Shown piece after piece: positions 1 through 12,949 of a stretch of 64,000 nt of DNA. Position 1 is the first letter of the stretch. Each line of letters starts with the position of its first letter. Where the stretch lies: assembly GCA_964016885.1 (NCBI GenBank), contig OZ024752.1, positions 33,604,001 to 33,668,000 of the forward strand, given 5' to 3'. Below the pieces are notes generated by a model, which was not told where the DNA came from, did not search any database, and worked only from the letters and a program-made list of their open reading frames with translations. The translations under genes were made by a program, and so were the position numbers. The stretch comes from Eledone cirrhosa (lineage: Eukaryota).

Positions 1-310
1 CTCTCTCTCTCTCTCATCCACTCATTCTCTCTCACGCTCTCTCTTTCTCACTATCTCTCTTCCACTCACCCCCCCCCTCTCTCATCAATTAGTTTATTGA
101 TCTGATGGGTGTCACTGTTTACTCTGTGTGAAACTTGATAAGAATATTTCACTTTAGCCAATAACAAATATCTGACCATTATCCCCTGCCTCCTCCCTCC
201 TCACCAATCCATCTCTCCACGCCACCCCTAGAGAGCATGTGTCATGGTTTTCACCACATTCAGGTTGAACAACACCTAACTCCATTGAAATTGTTTGGTT
301 GTCAGACATT

Positions 311-1225
311 TGTGAGGGTCGGCAGAAAAGTTAATAGGTTGACCAAGATACTCATGGAATGACCAAATGAGGTTTATTTTTTAACATTAGTCCCTGGAAA
401 GAAACAATGCAGTTATTATACAAGGGTCATCTGAAAAGTTCATAGGCTGACCAAGATACTCTCATGGAATGACCAAATGAAGTTTATTTTTTAACATTAG
501 TCCCTGGAAAGAAACAATGCAGTTATTATACAAGGGTCATCTGAAAAGTTCATAGGCTGACCAAGATACTCTCATGGAATGACCAAATGAAGTTTATTTT
601 TTAATTAGTCCCTGGAAAGAAACAATGCAGTTATTATACAAGGGTCATCTGAAAAGTTCATAGGCTGACCAAGATACTCTCATGGAATGACCAAATGAAG
701 TTTATTTTTTAACATTAGTCCCTGGAAAGAAACAATGCAGTTATTATACAAGGGTCATCTGAAAAGTTCATAGGCTGACCAAGATACTCTCATGGAATGA
801 CCAAATGAAGTTTATTTTTTAATTAGTCCCTGGAAAGAAACAATGCAGTTATTATACAAGGGTCATCTGAAAAATTCATAAGTTGACCAAGATACTCTCA
901 TGGAATGACCAAATGAAGTTTATTTTTCAACATTACTACCTGGAAAGAAACAATGCAGTTATTATACAAGGGTCATCTGAAAAGTTCATAGGCTGACCAA
1001 GATACTCTCATGGAATGATCAAATGAGGTTTATTTTTCAACATTACTACCTGGAAAGAAACAATGCAGTTATTATACAAGGGTCATCTGAAAAGTTCATA
1101 GGTTGACCAAGATACTCTCATGGAATGATCAAATGAAGTTTATTTTTCAACATTAGTCCCTGGAAAGAAACAATGCAGTTATTAAGAAGAGTTGAAATTA
1201 ATGTATGCAAGATTTCACACCACTG
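311..1225 (+). repeat. About 8 x ~110-bp tandem array made from the left end of a mariner-type MITE
   Basis: Units begin (TA)CAAGGGTCATCTGAAAAGTTC at ~313, 421, 531, 639, 749, 857, 967, 1077; same family at 27415-27724 and 42311-42744. Confidence 0.85.
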
Positions 1226-1384
1226 AAACTGGGATAAGCAGTGTCCTGACGAGCCTCTGGATTTGAGACAGACTTTAGATACATTGTTAGGCTTCAGTTG
1301 AGATGTTCTTGTAATGTCATAGTTTTGAAACCAGATTCAATGGTTGTCATCAGTTATCACATAGAAACTTTCATCAAACGTCTG

Positions 1385-1660
1385 TTGTTTCACACTTGCA
1401 TGGGTTTAACAGGTCCTTCTCAGTACAGCTTCTCCCCACTTGACGCTTTCCTTTGTCATCCCTTTCATTAGCTTAAGTGACCTGAGATCAGCTCTCACCA
1501 CTTCCATCCCGGTCTTTCTTGGTCTTCCTCTACTGCAGCTTCCTTCCGCTGGGACTTTTTGGCGCATCTTCACCCAGCGATCATCATCTATGTACATCAC
1601 CATCATCTATGTACATCACATGTCCTTACCAATGCAGTCTCCTCTCTTGCATGTTCGTTA
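1385..1660 (-). mobile_element. RTE-clade LINE 3' fragment
   Basis: ORF remnant ...[21 protein letters not shown]..., RTE C-terminal motif. Confidence 0.75.
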
Positions 1661-1745
1661 CAAATAAGCTCATATGTAAATGATGTATGTATAAAAATGA
1701 AAGTATTGTATGTTGTTAAATTGCCCCCCTTTTTTTCTATTTCAG

Positions 1746-1913
1746 GTTGGGATAAAAATTCCTATGGTTATCATGGAGATGATGGAAATTCATTCTGTTC
1801 CTCTGGAACTGGCCAACCATATGGACCAACTTTTACTACTGGAGATGTCATTGGATGCTGTGTAAATTTGATTGAAAATACATGCTTTTATACAAAAAAT
1901 GGGGTAAATTTAG
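1746..1913 (+). CDS. RANBP9: RanBP9/10 (RanBPM) coding exon, SPRY domain (first exon in window; 5' exons upstream)
   Basis: ttcag| acceptor, |gtaagt donor; encodes (G)[55 protein letters not shown](G), the RanBP9/10 SPRY motif. Confidence 0.97.
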
Positions 1914-2541
1914 GTAAGTGAGAGAAATCTGTTTTGAATTTGATAATGATAATAAATGTATTAACATCATCATCATCATCATTGTTGTTGTTGCTACCAC
2001 CACCACCATCACCGTTTTTATGTCTGCTTTTCCATATGGCTATGTGCTATAAGAACTGTTTTTGATGGCATTTTTTCTATGACCTGGTGCCCTTCTTGAT
2101 GCCAATCCATATATATATTATATTTTTAAGTATGGTATACATCACTGAAAGGTAGCAAATTGTCACTCATTAGAACATTGGATAGAATACTTTGCGGTGT
2201 ATTCATTTTGGCACTCTGTTCTTCATGTTCAAATCCCACCAAGCCACTAAACGAAATGATACTATCTGCAGAGTGACAAAAATTGAAAGTAAAGTGTTAA
2301 ATTCAACAACTTTGCCTTTCATGCAAAAAAGTACCAGCCTAGTACTGGGGTAGATTCTTCCTCTACATCTCTTTTTTCACTTCCTCTCTCTTACTTTCTA
2401 TCCTTCTCTGGTAGAAATCTGCTGTATTCAGACCTGGAGAGGAGATGGGCACTGCCAGGTTTAAAAATGCCCTAAAAACATCATGCATCAGTACATCGCC
2501 TCTACATGGCACACAAATGATACATCCCACATGGTTTAAAC

Positions 2542-2817
2542 CAGTCATGGGCAACCTGCGGCCCGTGAAGCTTTCTGAATGGCTCGTCTAAGTCGCTAAA
2601 GTGAAATCATTCTGATTTTTTTACCCCAATTTATCTTTCTATCATTTTTATGATCGAGGAAAACAACTTGTACGAATTCTGAAGAAACAAATCAAAACAA
2701 CCCGAGTTACCACCCCCTTTTTTTTATGTGGGTACGAATGTAAATTAGCGCTTGAGGCCCGCCTGATGATGAGCCATATCTCGTGGCCCGCTTCTCGAAA
2801 AAGGTCGCCCATGCCTG
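2542..2817. mobile_element. hAT (Charlie-like) MITE with perfect 8-bp TSD
   Basis: TIRs CAGTCATGGGCAACCT / AGGTCGCCCATGCCTG; GTTTAAAC at 2534-2541 and 2818-2825. Confidence 0.9.
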
Positions 2818-3379
2818 GTTTAAACAGTTGATATTAAGACACATTGAATCTGATACACATACGACAGGCTTCCTTGCAGTTCCTGTCTATTAAATTCTCT
2901 CCCAAAACTTGTTTATCGAAGGCAATAGAAGCCACTTGGTGCGAGATGCTCCATGCAGTGGAATCAAACTTGAAATAACATGGTTGTAAAGCAAACATTT
3001 TAACCACACAGCAGTGACCACGCCTATAATACACATCTATACTTACATGTTCTTTGATGTATATAAACACCTTCTATAGAATCATTCAAAGATACATATA
3101 AAATAATAATTATATGAAAAGGTAAAAAAGGTGAGTTTTTAAGATGTTATTGTATTAATCATGGCAGCTATCAAGAAAGGTGGGTTTCTTCTTGAATCAT
3201 TTAGTTCGTCATTCTTTTTCATAGACAGTCATTGATTTGTTTTCTTCTCAATTTCTTTCTTTCTTCCTTTCTTTCTAAAGCTATTGTATTGTTGGGCTGT
3301 GTGTGACTATAAATACTCACTGATGAAACAACTTTGTTTGTTGTACTTGACTAACTTTGTGTTTTGGCTAAAATGGAAA

Positions 3380-3436
<57 letters not shown>

Positions 3437-3809
3437 GTATGTATGTGAAAAAACAAACGAAACAAAAGGGCAAATTCTGTTGAGGCTATATTCTTTTGTG
3501 TATGGAATACTATATGAAATCTTTTTTGCATATAATTCAATTTTTACTTTGTAAAACAGCAAGCTTCATTAAGGCTAAAGAAAAAAATAATTAATGTGAA
3601 TTCCCTACCTATTTTGTTTCCTTTTCTTTACAGCTTAAAAATAGTATTCCTATATATGTACATGATTCAGCATAGTTCTTTTATTTAGAAGAGATTTGAA
3701 TAACTTCCATCTCAGACTTAGATCGAAATGGTCTTTAATCATTGTCTCTATTTAAGTAGATTATTGGAATTTAGATTTTGTATTATTATTATTACTATTA
3801 TTATTATTG

Positions 3810-4310
3810 TCAGTAATCAGTAGAGCGTTGGACAACATGCTTTGTGGGCATAGAATTATGGCCCTTTACATTCTGAGTTCAAATCCTGCCAAGTAAGCTT
3901 TGCCTTTCATCCTTACGGGGGTCGATAAAATAAAGTACCAGTAATGCACTGGGGTTGATTTAATCAACTTTCCCCTCTCCCAAAATTGTTGGCGCTGTGC
4001 TTAAATCAGAAATTATTATATTATTGGCAGTATGGGTAGAGTGTTGGACAACATGTTTTGTGGCATAGAGTTACAGCTCTTTACATTCTGAGTTCAAATC
4101 CCGCCCAGGTTAGCTTTGCTTTTCATCCTTAAGGGGTCGATAAAATAAAATACCAGTCACGCACTAGGGTCAATTTAATCAACTTTCCCTTCCCTCCAAA
4201 TTGCTTGTCTTGTGCCTAAATCAGAAACCATTATTATTGTCGATAAAATAAAGCACCAGTAATGCATTGGAGGTAATTGCTGGCCTTGTGCCCAAAGTAG
4301 AAACATTTAT
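3810..4310 (+). mobile_element. Tandem copies of tRNA-derived SINE family B
   Basis: B-box GAGTTCAAATCC plus central GCCTTTCATCCTTACGGGGTCGATAAAATAAAGTACCAG; more than 12 copies in the window (e.g. 14018-14205, 24750-24980, 28097-28840, 43430-43580, 44050-44270, 62300-62480). Confidence 0.85.
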
Positions 4311-5067
4311 TATATTATATCTTTATTGTTGTTGTCTATTACCATTATGCATAGTGTGTAGATTTTGATCAATGGAAGCAAAATGAAACAAAAAATTATT
4401 TAAGATATTTGGTCTTCAGACAATATGTATTTCCTTTTGGGTATTTGTAGGTCTTTATAAATCAAATTTCTAGAGATAACCATTGTATTTTTAGCTATTG
4501 TGTATAAAATGGTAAGTTCTTAAGGACTGAGCTTAGTGATATAACATCCACTTGTATTGTACAACCTTGAAATATCTAACCTAAGTTCTGAGTCTGGTTG
4601 ACTACTTCTGAAATTCTGACGTCTACAAATCTGGTTTATTCCAATGAAGATCTTGTAGTTAAAGATTGAGAGCTTCTAGACTGTTAAATCTTTATTCATT
4701 GGAATATTCACACTTTGCACATTTCTTTATTACATTGTGTAACCCTTGTAACGTCCCTTCTGAACACTAACCCCTAATGTCCCTATACTATTGCTAGATT
4801 GTCGGTTATTTGATGCTGAGTTCATCTGTCCAATAGATAAAGAAAAATAAATAGAAAATACAGAAAGAAACCATTATTTTTTTCATGCTTTGTGACATAT
4901 AGTTACATCCCTTTAAGTTTTGATTTCAACAAATCCCGCCGAAGTTTAGTTATGAGGTTGCATCACATAGAAGAAGGTTTCTTGGTGACCAGGGGTGGGG
5001 ACAGAACTTGGACCCCTGAGACAGATACTGGTAAACATCCCAGCCAATACTCTACCAATCCTGTTAA

Positions 5068-6356
5068 CCCTTTAGTGTTCAAACCGCCCGAAACCAGCCA
5101 AAATTATTTCCCCTTCATTTATTCAAACCGGCCGAAACCGGCCGATAACACCCGCACTAGAATATCATTCTAAAAATAAACAAACCATCATCAAAATTTC
5201 GTCAATTCGAGATTACTGCGAGATTAGGCCCTTACCATGAAAATTAACACTTAACACTTAATATAGTGAAACAACTTAAAACAACGTATTTTTTTAACGT
5301 TGAAAGTAGAACAGATTTTTTTGTGTATCAACATGGCTTGTGAAAGTAACGATACCGACTTTGAAGGTTTTACACACGACGACATTCAGAATGAACAAGA
5401 AACAAGATAATATTAGTGATTTATCAAATTAATCAGATGTTTACATTTCTGAAATTTCATCCCACGATGATTGTTGTTTTGAAAGTAAAAACGGAGATCT
5501 CCAGGACGCCATTGAAAATATTACAGCAACGTGGTTGAAAAATACCACACCAATATATGTTCCCAATTTTATTCAAAATACTGGTCCACAACACACATTA
5601 GCTCCCGATGCTAAAAGCACTGGATTATTTATTTTTGTTTTTACCACAAACTTTCTTCGAAGTTGTGGCAGAAGAGATTAATCGATATGCCCAACAACAG
5701 ATTTCAAATCAAGGAAAACCCGATCTGTTTGGCGATCGACAGATGCTGCGGAAATGCAAGCATTTTTTACCATAAATATTATGTTTGGTATAAAACAATT
5801 TCGAAGATTGTGGAATTACTGGAGCACTGATATAAGGTTTAGTGATCCTTATATATCAAGTATTATGCCGAAAACAACATATTTAAAATTAAACCAGTAT
5901 TTGCACCTGGTTGATACTTCAAATGCCCCTATTAATTAATTTCACCTGCCCATCAAAGTCAAATTTGACCCCCCAAAAATCCGGTAAAATTATATAATTG
6001 ATATTTAAACATCTACTGACAAAATTTCAAGCCTGCACATAGAAAATTAAAAAAATTACAAACAAATAAAATTGATAACCCTCTTGAGTATGATTAACTC
6101 AAAATAATTATTTCTACTTTTGGCACAAGGCCAGCAATTATCCCAGTACATTACTGGTACTTTATTTTATCGACCCCGTAAGGATGAAAGGCAAAGTTAA
6201 CCTCGGCGGGATTTGAACTCGGACCATAAAGGGCCGTAACTCTTTGCTGCAAAGCATGGCGTCCGACCCTCTACCCATACTGCCAATCCATGATTAACTC
6301 AAAATAATGCGAACAGATAAGCATGACATTTGAAAATTAATGCGAATGCTAAAGGG
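5068..6356 (+). mobile_element. Internally deleted piggyBac-like element with degenerate transposase
   Basis: TTAA|CCCTTTAG...CTAAAGGG|TTAA termini; frameshifted ORF from ~5333 with EMQAFFTINIMFGIKQFRRLWNYWSTD...ISSIMPKTTYLKLNQYLHLVD, a PGBD-like N-terminal half. Confidence 0.85.
6109..6289 (-). mobile_element. SINE family B inserted in the piggyBac relic, 19-bp TSD
   Basis: ATGATTAACTCAAAATAAT at 6090-6108 and 6290-6308. Confidence 0.9.
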
Positions 6357-7114
6357 TTAAGCCACTTTTCTGGACTGGTTCTTTATTGACATCAAAAATA
6401 TGAAAGGTAAAATTGAACTCAGATCACACAGAGCTGGGCTGAAATACCTCAAGTCTATATTTGACATTAATATTACAGATAGCTGTAGGTACTAGTAGCA
6501 TACTGGGTCAATTTAATCAGCTGTGAAGTCATACATGTGTTAGGATGACTGTTGTTCCAGGATGACTGTTGTTGTTCCATACTGTATGTAAGCAGTACAT
6601 TGTAAAGAAACTAAGTTCAATGATACGATATCACTTTTCTAGTTAGGTTTGTTTTCCTTCACATATGTTGTTTATGTCATTGGCAACCCTCCATTGTTAT
6701 AGTTGTTATTGTTTTTTTATCTGTAACAAATAAGATGACTCACCAAGCTTACTATGAAGCTCTCGGGCTCTGTTTTGAATCCTTACATTTATTTATTTTT
6801 AGCTGTGATGTCAACTGACTGGAGAAAATAGGTTTCATGGCAATCAACATAGTGTCTTAGGTAGACTTTAATCTAAATGACATTCGACTCGTTCGTCCTA
6901 TATGTTTTAATGACATCATGACTGTCTTCTCATAGCACACACACACATGCTTATACACACACACATGCTTATACACACACACATGCATTTTTGCACACAC
7001 ACACACACACACACACACTGCTTTGTTACTTAACTTCATAACATTACATATGACTAGGAATAAACATCTGATATTGAACCAGATTGCATTATAATCTAGA
7101 ATTCTGCTTAGTGT

Positions 7115-7747
7115 TTAACCCTTTCATTACAGTATTTCTGATTAAATACACTATTTCAATTAATTAATAAATAATTTTGAAAGATTTATTAAAATTATTA
7201 ATTTTTTTTATTAATAAGATAGTAACTTAACATCGTCTAACCCATGCTAGCATGGAAAATAGATGTTAAATGATGATGATTTAAAAAAAAAAGTCTATCT
7301 CAATCCCTCATCAGGCTGGTGTTTATCTTGGTTTCTGTGGCATGAAGACTTCCCCCTGGACAGGACACCAGTCCTTCACAAGATTAAAGCTCCAGCTACT
7401 GCTGGTACATATTTTGAGTTGAGTATACTGGAGCAACGTGAAATGAAGTGTTTTAGTCAAGAACATAACACACAACCCAGCCTAGGAATCGAACCCACAG
7501 CATTATGATCATTAGTCCAACACCCTTACTATTAGGCCACGCTTAACATATGGTTCTTATATAAAATTGTTGGAAGATTTTAATTTAAATAGGAAATCTT
7601 TAAAGTGGATGGTTTTGTTTCATAGAACCAGAAAGGGTTTTGACTGGGTTGGTGTCAAAAGGGTTAAATAGGAGCCCTTTAAAGTGGATGGTTTTGTGTC
7701 ATAGAACCAGAAGGGGTTTTGACTGGGTTGGTGTCAAAAGGGTTAAC
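7115..7747. mobile_element. piggyBac-type MITE (duplicated right end) with nested SINE family C (~7296-7541, minus)
   Basis: TTAACCCTTT start; AAAAGGGTTAA at 7657-7667 and again at 7737-7747. Confidence 0.7.
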
Positions 7748-7867
7748 TGATAGATTTTAAAGGAAGATAAATACTAAATGTAAATGTTAGCCAAATTTGA
7801 TGAATATCTCATTTCAAGGGAGTTGGTGGTGGACTAACTTCAGCCAGCCATTAATTCAATAAACTGC

Positions 7868-7979
<112 letters not shown>

Positions 7980-9429
7980 TAATACTTAACTACTCTCTTA
8001 GCCCCTTAATTATATTTCATTTATCTAGTTGGCTATGTATAACACATGCAACACACATCCAACTGGTTTTATTCAAGTCTGAACAAATTCTGATCCATAA
8101 ATCCTATAATAAAATCTGTCTGTCTGTCCACCCGTCATGTTCTTTGTATAGAGGGAGGGATATACTACTTCAGTATAAAACCAATAGATTCTCTGAAGCT
8201 TTTAAATGGTTTAAAGTGCTTCAATTAATTAAATGTATTTTTAAAAGTCAGACTTCGCACCATGTGTCATTTATTGATATTAACATTGTCATAAAAATAA
8301 TTTAACATCCCTGTTCTTTACATTCAATAATGTTCAGCTGGCAGTATGGTATATTCTAATCTCTTTGTTTCTAGTAAAAAAAATTAAAAAAAAAATTAAT
8401 AAAGTGAGGAGAAATTCCTGGTACAGGGTGGGGAAACTCTAGTAGCTGTCAGATATTACTATAATTGAAGCTCTACTTGATAAACTAAATATTGATTTGC
8501 CCCTCTCTCGTGAAAATAAAAATAATTTGAAATAAAAATGTTTAGTAAGTAAGTAGCCATAATGTTTTCAAGGTTATTATAGATATAAAATACACATATA
8601 TACATAAACAGTGAATATTTCTATCATATCTATTAATAGTTCATATCCATTAGTAGCCAGCCTACTTGTTAGTTAGTTATAAGTGAAGGAAAATATAACC
8701 GACCACAAATTAAGTGTAACTAATACATCATTAAATACATAAATCTTTTATTTGTAGAAACGATGGAATTTCATTGAAATTCTGATTTTCTTTTTTCCTC
8801 CCCACCACCGCATACTATCTTATTAATAGATGACCTTGATTTTATTATCGGTAGCCATAGAAACCAAATCCTATGTTTATTTTGAAATCTTCTCCTGCTT
8901 TCTATTCTATTAACAGGAGAAGCTCTTTCCGCATTTGTATGTATCTAGTATGCTTTGTATATTTAGGAAAGAAATTCTTAATTTCCGTGGGGGAGGTAAG
9001 CAGGTCTTGCAGCTTTCTTCTTGTAGCTAATCCGGTCTCAACGACTGCTGCAGTTGTGGTGATTGATCTGTTCAGATCCATGACAAAATATATAGAAGTG
9101 ATTTACTTTATAGCTATCAGCCCATCAACCAACTATTCAAGATATGTAATGTTTCAGCCAGCTTTGAAACTGACAAAGTAGCAGCCAAAATGTTTTTTAA
9201 AACCAGTTCTGTAGCATTTAAAACAAAATTAGGACCACATGTTTACATAAAACGTAGGGGCTGTTGAAATCCTTCGCATTAGTCTTAACAATTTTCTTTT
9301 TGGTGTGTTTTGTTTTGTTTTAATTAAAATAAATTTCAGTAATTAGAATATTGTAAGACGGGTTGAAAACGTTTACACTCTGTGTGTATATACCCCGTGT
9401 TTATGCACATACGCTCTGTGCCCTACGTA

Positions 9430-9467
<38 letters not shown>

Positions 9468-9511
9468 TCATCATCATCATCATCATCATTTAATGTCTAT
9501 CTTCCATGCTA

Positions 9512-9567
<56 letters not shown>

Positions 9568-10225
9568 AACAGAAACAGAAGCGACTTAGTACAATGAAGA
9601 AATATATTAGTTTAATGCTTGATATAATAGGAAAAAAGTCTTTAACATTTCAGACACTTGTCCTTTCTCAGAAGATAGAATGAGAAATAAAAGATGAAAT
9701 ACAAGGTTAGCGAGTGAGAAGAGGAAAGAATGGGGGGAGGAAAAAACATTTTTAGAAAAAGCACTTGTGTATTTATTCTGTCATATATAATAATTGTTTC
9801 TACGTTAGGCACAAGGCCAGCAATTACCTCAGTGCATTACTGGTACTTTATTTTATCGACCCCGTAAGGATGAAAGGCAAAGTTAACCTTGGCGGGATTT
9901 ATAATAATTATAATAAAAGGACGATTTGTTGTGTCTTCGTTATGTTTATTGATTGGTAACGTGCATTTCGCTATTGATCAGTTCAAGGTTCAACCTGTAT
10001 TGATCTGGTCCAACTCTGGAATCAAAAGTTTGTCGGGCCTCTGTTGTTACAGACATGAATCTAAGTATCGAGTGCTCATTTGAGTGACCCTACAGTAACT
10101 GCACGTTACACTCCCTGATATATAGAACATGTAAGCCCTCTGGTCCAGGTTAAACCAGGAATTCCCATTCAATTATTGAAACCATATATGTATGTATATT
10201 ATGGAGTTCCCTTTTTTGTAATTTT

Positions 10226-10256
<31 letters not shown>

Positions 10257-10389
10257 AATTATTGTGTACAGTGCTCAGGTGCACTACAACTCATCAAAGG
10301 TGCATGTATAGTACATAGAATAATGTACAAATGTCAGGAAAATGAACAGTGTATGAGTCATGATATAATAATGATTTCTTTATTAACCA

Positions 10390-10548
10390 CAAGGGTTTAC
10401 ATAAAGTAGACATTAAGGACAGTGCAGGACAATGCAGGACGGTACAAATGGGCATTTCTGCGTGTAAAAAACAAAAACAGAAATGCCCATTTGTACCGTC
10501 CTGCATTGTCCTGCACTGTCCTTAATGTCTACTTTATGTAAACCCTTG
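10390..10548. repeat. Perfect 71-bp inverted repeat with 17-nt spacer
   Basis: 10390-10460 is the exact reverse complement of 10478-10548. Confidence 0.97.
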
Positions 10549-10756
10549 ATATAATAATGATATAATAATAATAATGAAATATTGTGTACAGTGCCCAGGT
10601 GCACCACAACTCATCAAAAAGTGCATGTCTGAGTGCCCGATGAGAGGCCAGGCTGGAAGAACCTCGTCCACTATACAGTGGTGGCCATAACTGGGACCCC
10701 GAAACCAATGGTTGTACACACGTTAAGTTTATGAAACCACATTTATACTATATATA

Positions 10757-11141
10757 TCATCATCATCATCATCACCGTTTTACGTCCGTTCTTCCACGTT
10801 AGCATGGGTTAGACGGGTTGTCCTGTTGGCAGTGTCCGGTCGGCTGACCTTGTCTTGCTCATATAGGAACTGATTCTGGCTCGATTTCTACAGCTGGATG
10901 CCCTTCCTAACACCAACCTCATTTACAGTGAGTGCTGGGTGCTCTTTTTCAATGGCGCCTACATGTCCACTTTACAGTGTGGGCTGGGTGCTTTTTTGCT
11001 GTGGCACCTCCACGACCACTTTTGCAGTAGAATGATAGGGACCCCAGTCCTATCATCTCATTTCTACAGCTGAATAAACTGGAGCAATGTGAAATAAAGT
11101 GTCTTGCTCAAAGAAACAACACATCACCCGGTCTGAGAATT
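10757..11141 (-). mobile_element. SINE family A (head truncated) with long RTE-derived tail
   Basis: CORE-like body joined to a tail matching LINE 3' end 30507-30792, ending in (GAT)n. Confidence 0.85.
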
Positions 11142-11264
11142 ATATATATAATTAAAATTAGAATTTTATTTCTCGCCCTAGCACAGCTGATGCATAAATG
11201 TAAGTATGCACGCGTACACACACATATGTGATATATATATATACATATACACACACATACATAC

Positions 11265-11308
<44 letters not shown>

Positions 11309-11420
11309 ATACTTACATTTTATGTATATATACATATATATATATATGTACATAAGTAATTAAATAGCTCTACAATACATAGAGCACTCATCTTTTCTTT
11401 ACCCTTTCTACCGAATTAAG

Positions 11421-11457
<37 letters not shown>

Positions 11458-11458
11458 C

Positions 11459-11496
<38 letters not shown>

Positions 11497-12067
11497 CGGG
11501 AGGGGGGCGTTATTACACTGAATCTTGTATTTATACAAAATCAATGTCTACCACACACAAGTGTGATGATCATAGGCTAGCTGTTTGACAGTGACTTGTA
11601 CTGTTGTAGAATAAGTTGTGAAAATAGCTTTAACAACTTTGCTGTTTATGTCTGTGCTAGTAGCTTGACATATCTGCTTGCACTTACTAGTTACTTGCAC
11701 TATATGGCAATCTATTAAGAATTCTGTACTTCCACATGGAAGTAGAGAAAGGTCAACAGACAAAGAATGATGTCACCAAACCAACAGGTAGTGCCTGGCC
11801 TAGGTTATCCATGTGAAGCTATAAACTCTTATTATAGCTGGCCACCAGTCTATGTAACTTTTGTTCTGCTCTCTTGTGTTGTGTTCAGTTATATTGGCTA
11901 ATGATTTAACACATACAGTTTGAGTGTTTTCACAATTAATTGCCACATTTATATCTGGAAGTCTTGACATGTTTTATTAAAAACAATAACTTATTAATTG
12001 CAGATGTGTAAGTGTGTGTTGGTTGGTAGGTAGGTAGGTAGGTAGGTAGGTAGATGGCTAGACAGAT

Positions 12068-12285
12068 ATGTTTCTTTTATTTGCCACCAGGGCATCAAAA
12101 GTGGGACAAGTACAATGGGGGGAGTTTACAAAACCAGGCGTCCTCAATAAGGAGGAGGCAATAACAAAATATAAAAATAAAATAAAATATGACAAAAAAT
12201 AAAATTTATAACCAAATCCTCAATAGAGAGGAGGCGCCTTGGGGGGTCGCACACACCCCCGAAAAAAGTGTGCAACCTTTTTCCT
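12068..12285 (-). mobile_element. Non-LTR retrotransposon 3'-end fragment; near-identical copy at ~13708-13907
   Basis: Shared ~200 bp ending (minus strand) in GGTGGCAAATAAAAGAAAC; clade uncertain, Tx1-like by inference. Confidence 0.65.
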
Positions 12286-12349
12286 CAGGAGCACAGAGAA
12301 GGGGTGCTCCCTTGGTCTTTCATCTTCCTCACCTATAGTCTGATGGCTA

Positions 12350-12662
12350 GAGAGATAGATAGATGGGTAGGTAGGTAGATATGTAAGTGGGTAGGTAGGT
12401 ATGTAGATAGATAAGTGGGTAGATAGATAGGTAGGTAGGTAGATATGTAAGTGGGTAGGTAGGTAAGTAGGGAGGTGGGTAGGTAGGTAGGTAGATATGT
12501 AAGTGGGTAGGTAGGTAGGTAGATATGTAGGTAGGTAGAGATGTAAGTGGGTAGGTAGGTAGGTAGGTAGGGAGGTGGGTAGGTAGGTAGGTAGGTAGAT
12601 ATGTAAGTGGGTAGGTAGGTAGGTAGATAGGTAAGTAGGGAGGGAGGTAGGTAGGTAGGTAT
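12350..12662. repeat. (GGTA/GATA)n compound microsatellite
   Basis: Direct reading. Confidence 0.9.
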
Positions 12663-12949
12663 GAAACTTAAAAATAAAAGTCAGGTGTTTAAATTGTTCC
12701 CTAAACCTCTCTAGTAGTATTTATATTTTGGAAGCCTTATCTACTAATGCTTATGGCAGTAAATCTATTCTACATGTCACCACTATAAATGAAACTTAAG
12801 GGTCAGTCTGCCTCATGGTCACAGCTGATAGGATGGACAAGACATGACACTGGAGGATGGCGAGGGAGACTCACTGGAACAGCTAGTTTACCTTGTGGGG
12901 CTCACACTTGCAGGTAACCAGCCCTGCTCCAATGAGGCATTAAGATTCT

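Noticed and set aside
2763-2801. CTGATGA...CGAAA hammerhead-like motif
   Set aside because: Lies inside a hAT MITE; no stem III/UH or stem I pairing
9972-10010. Small hairpin as a pre-miRNA
   Set aside because: Stem too short and no recognisable mature miRNA
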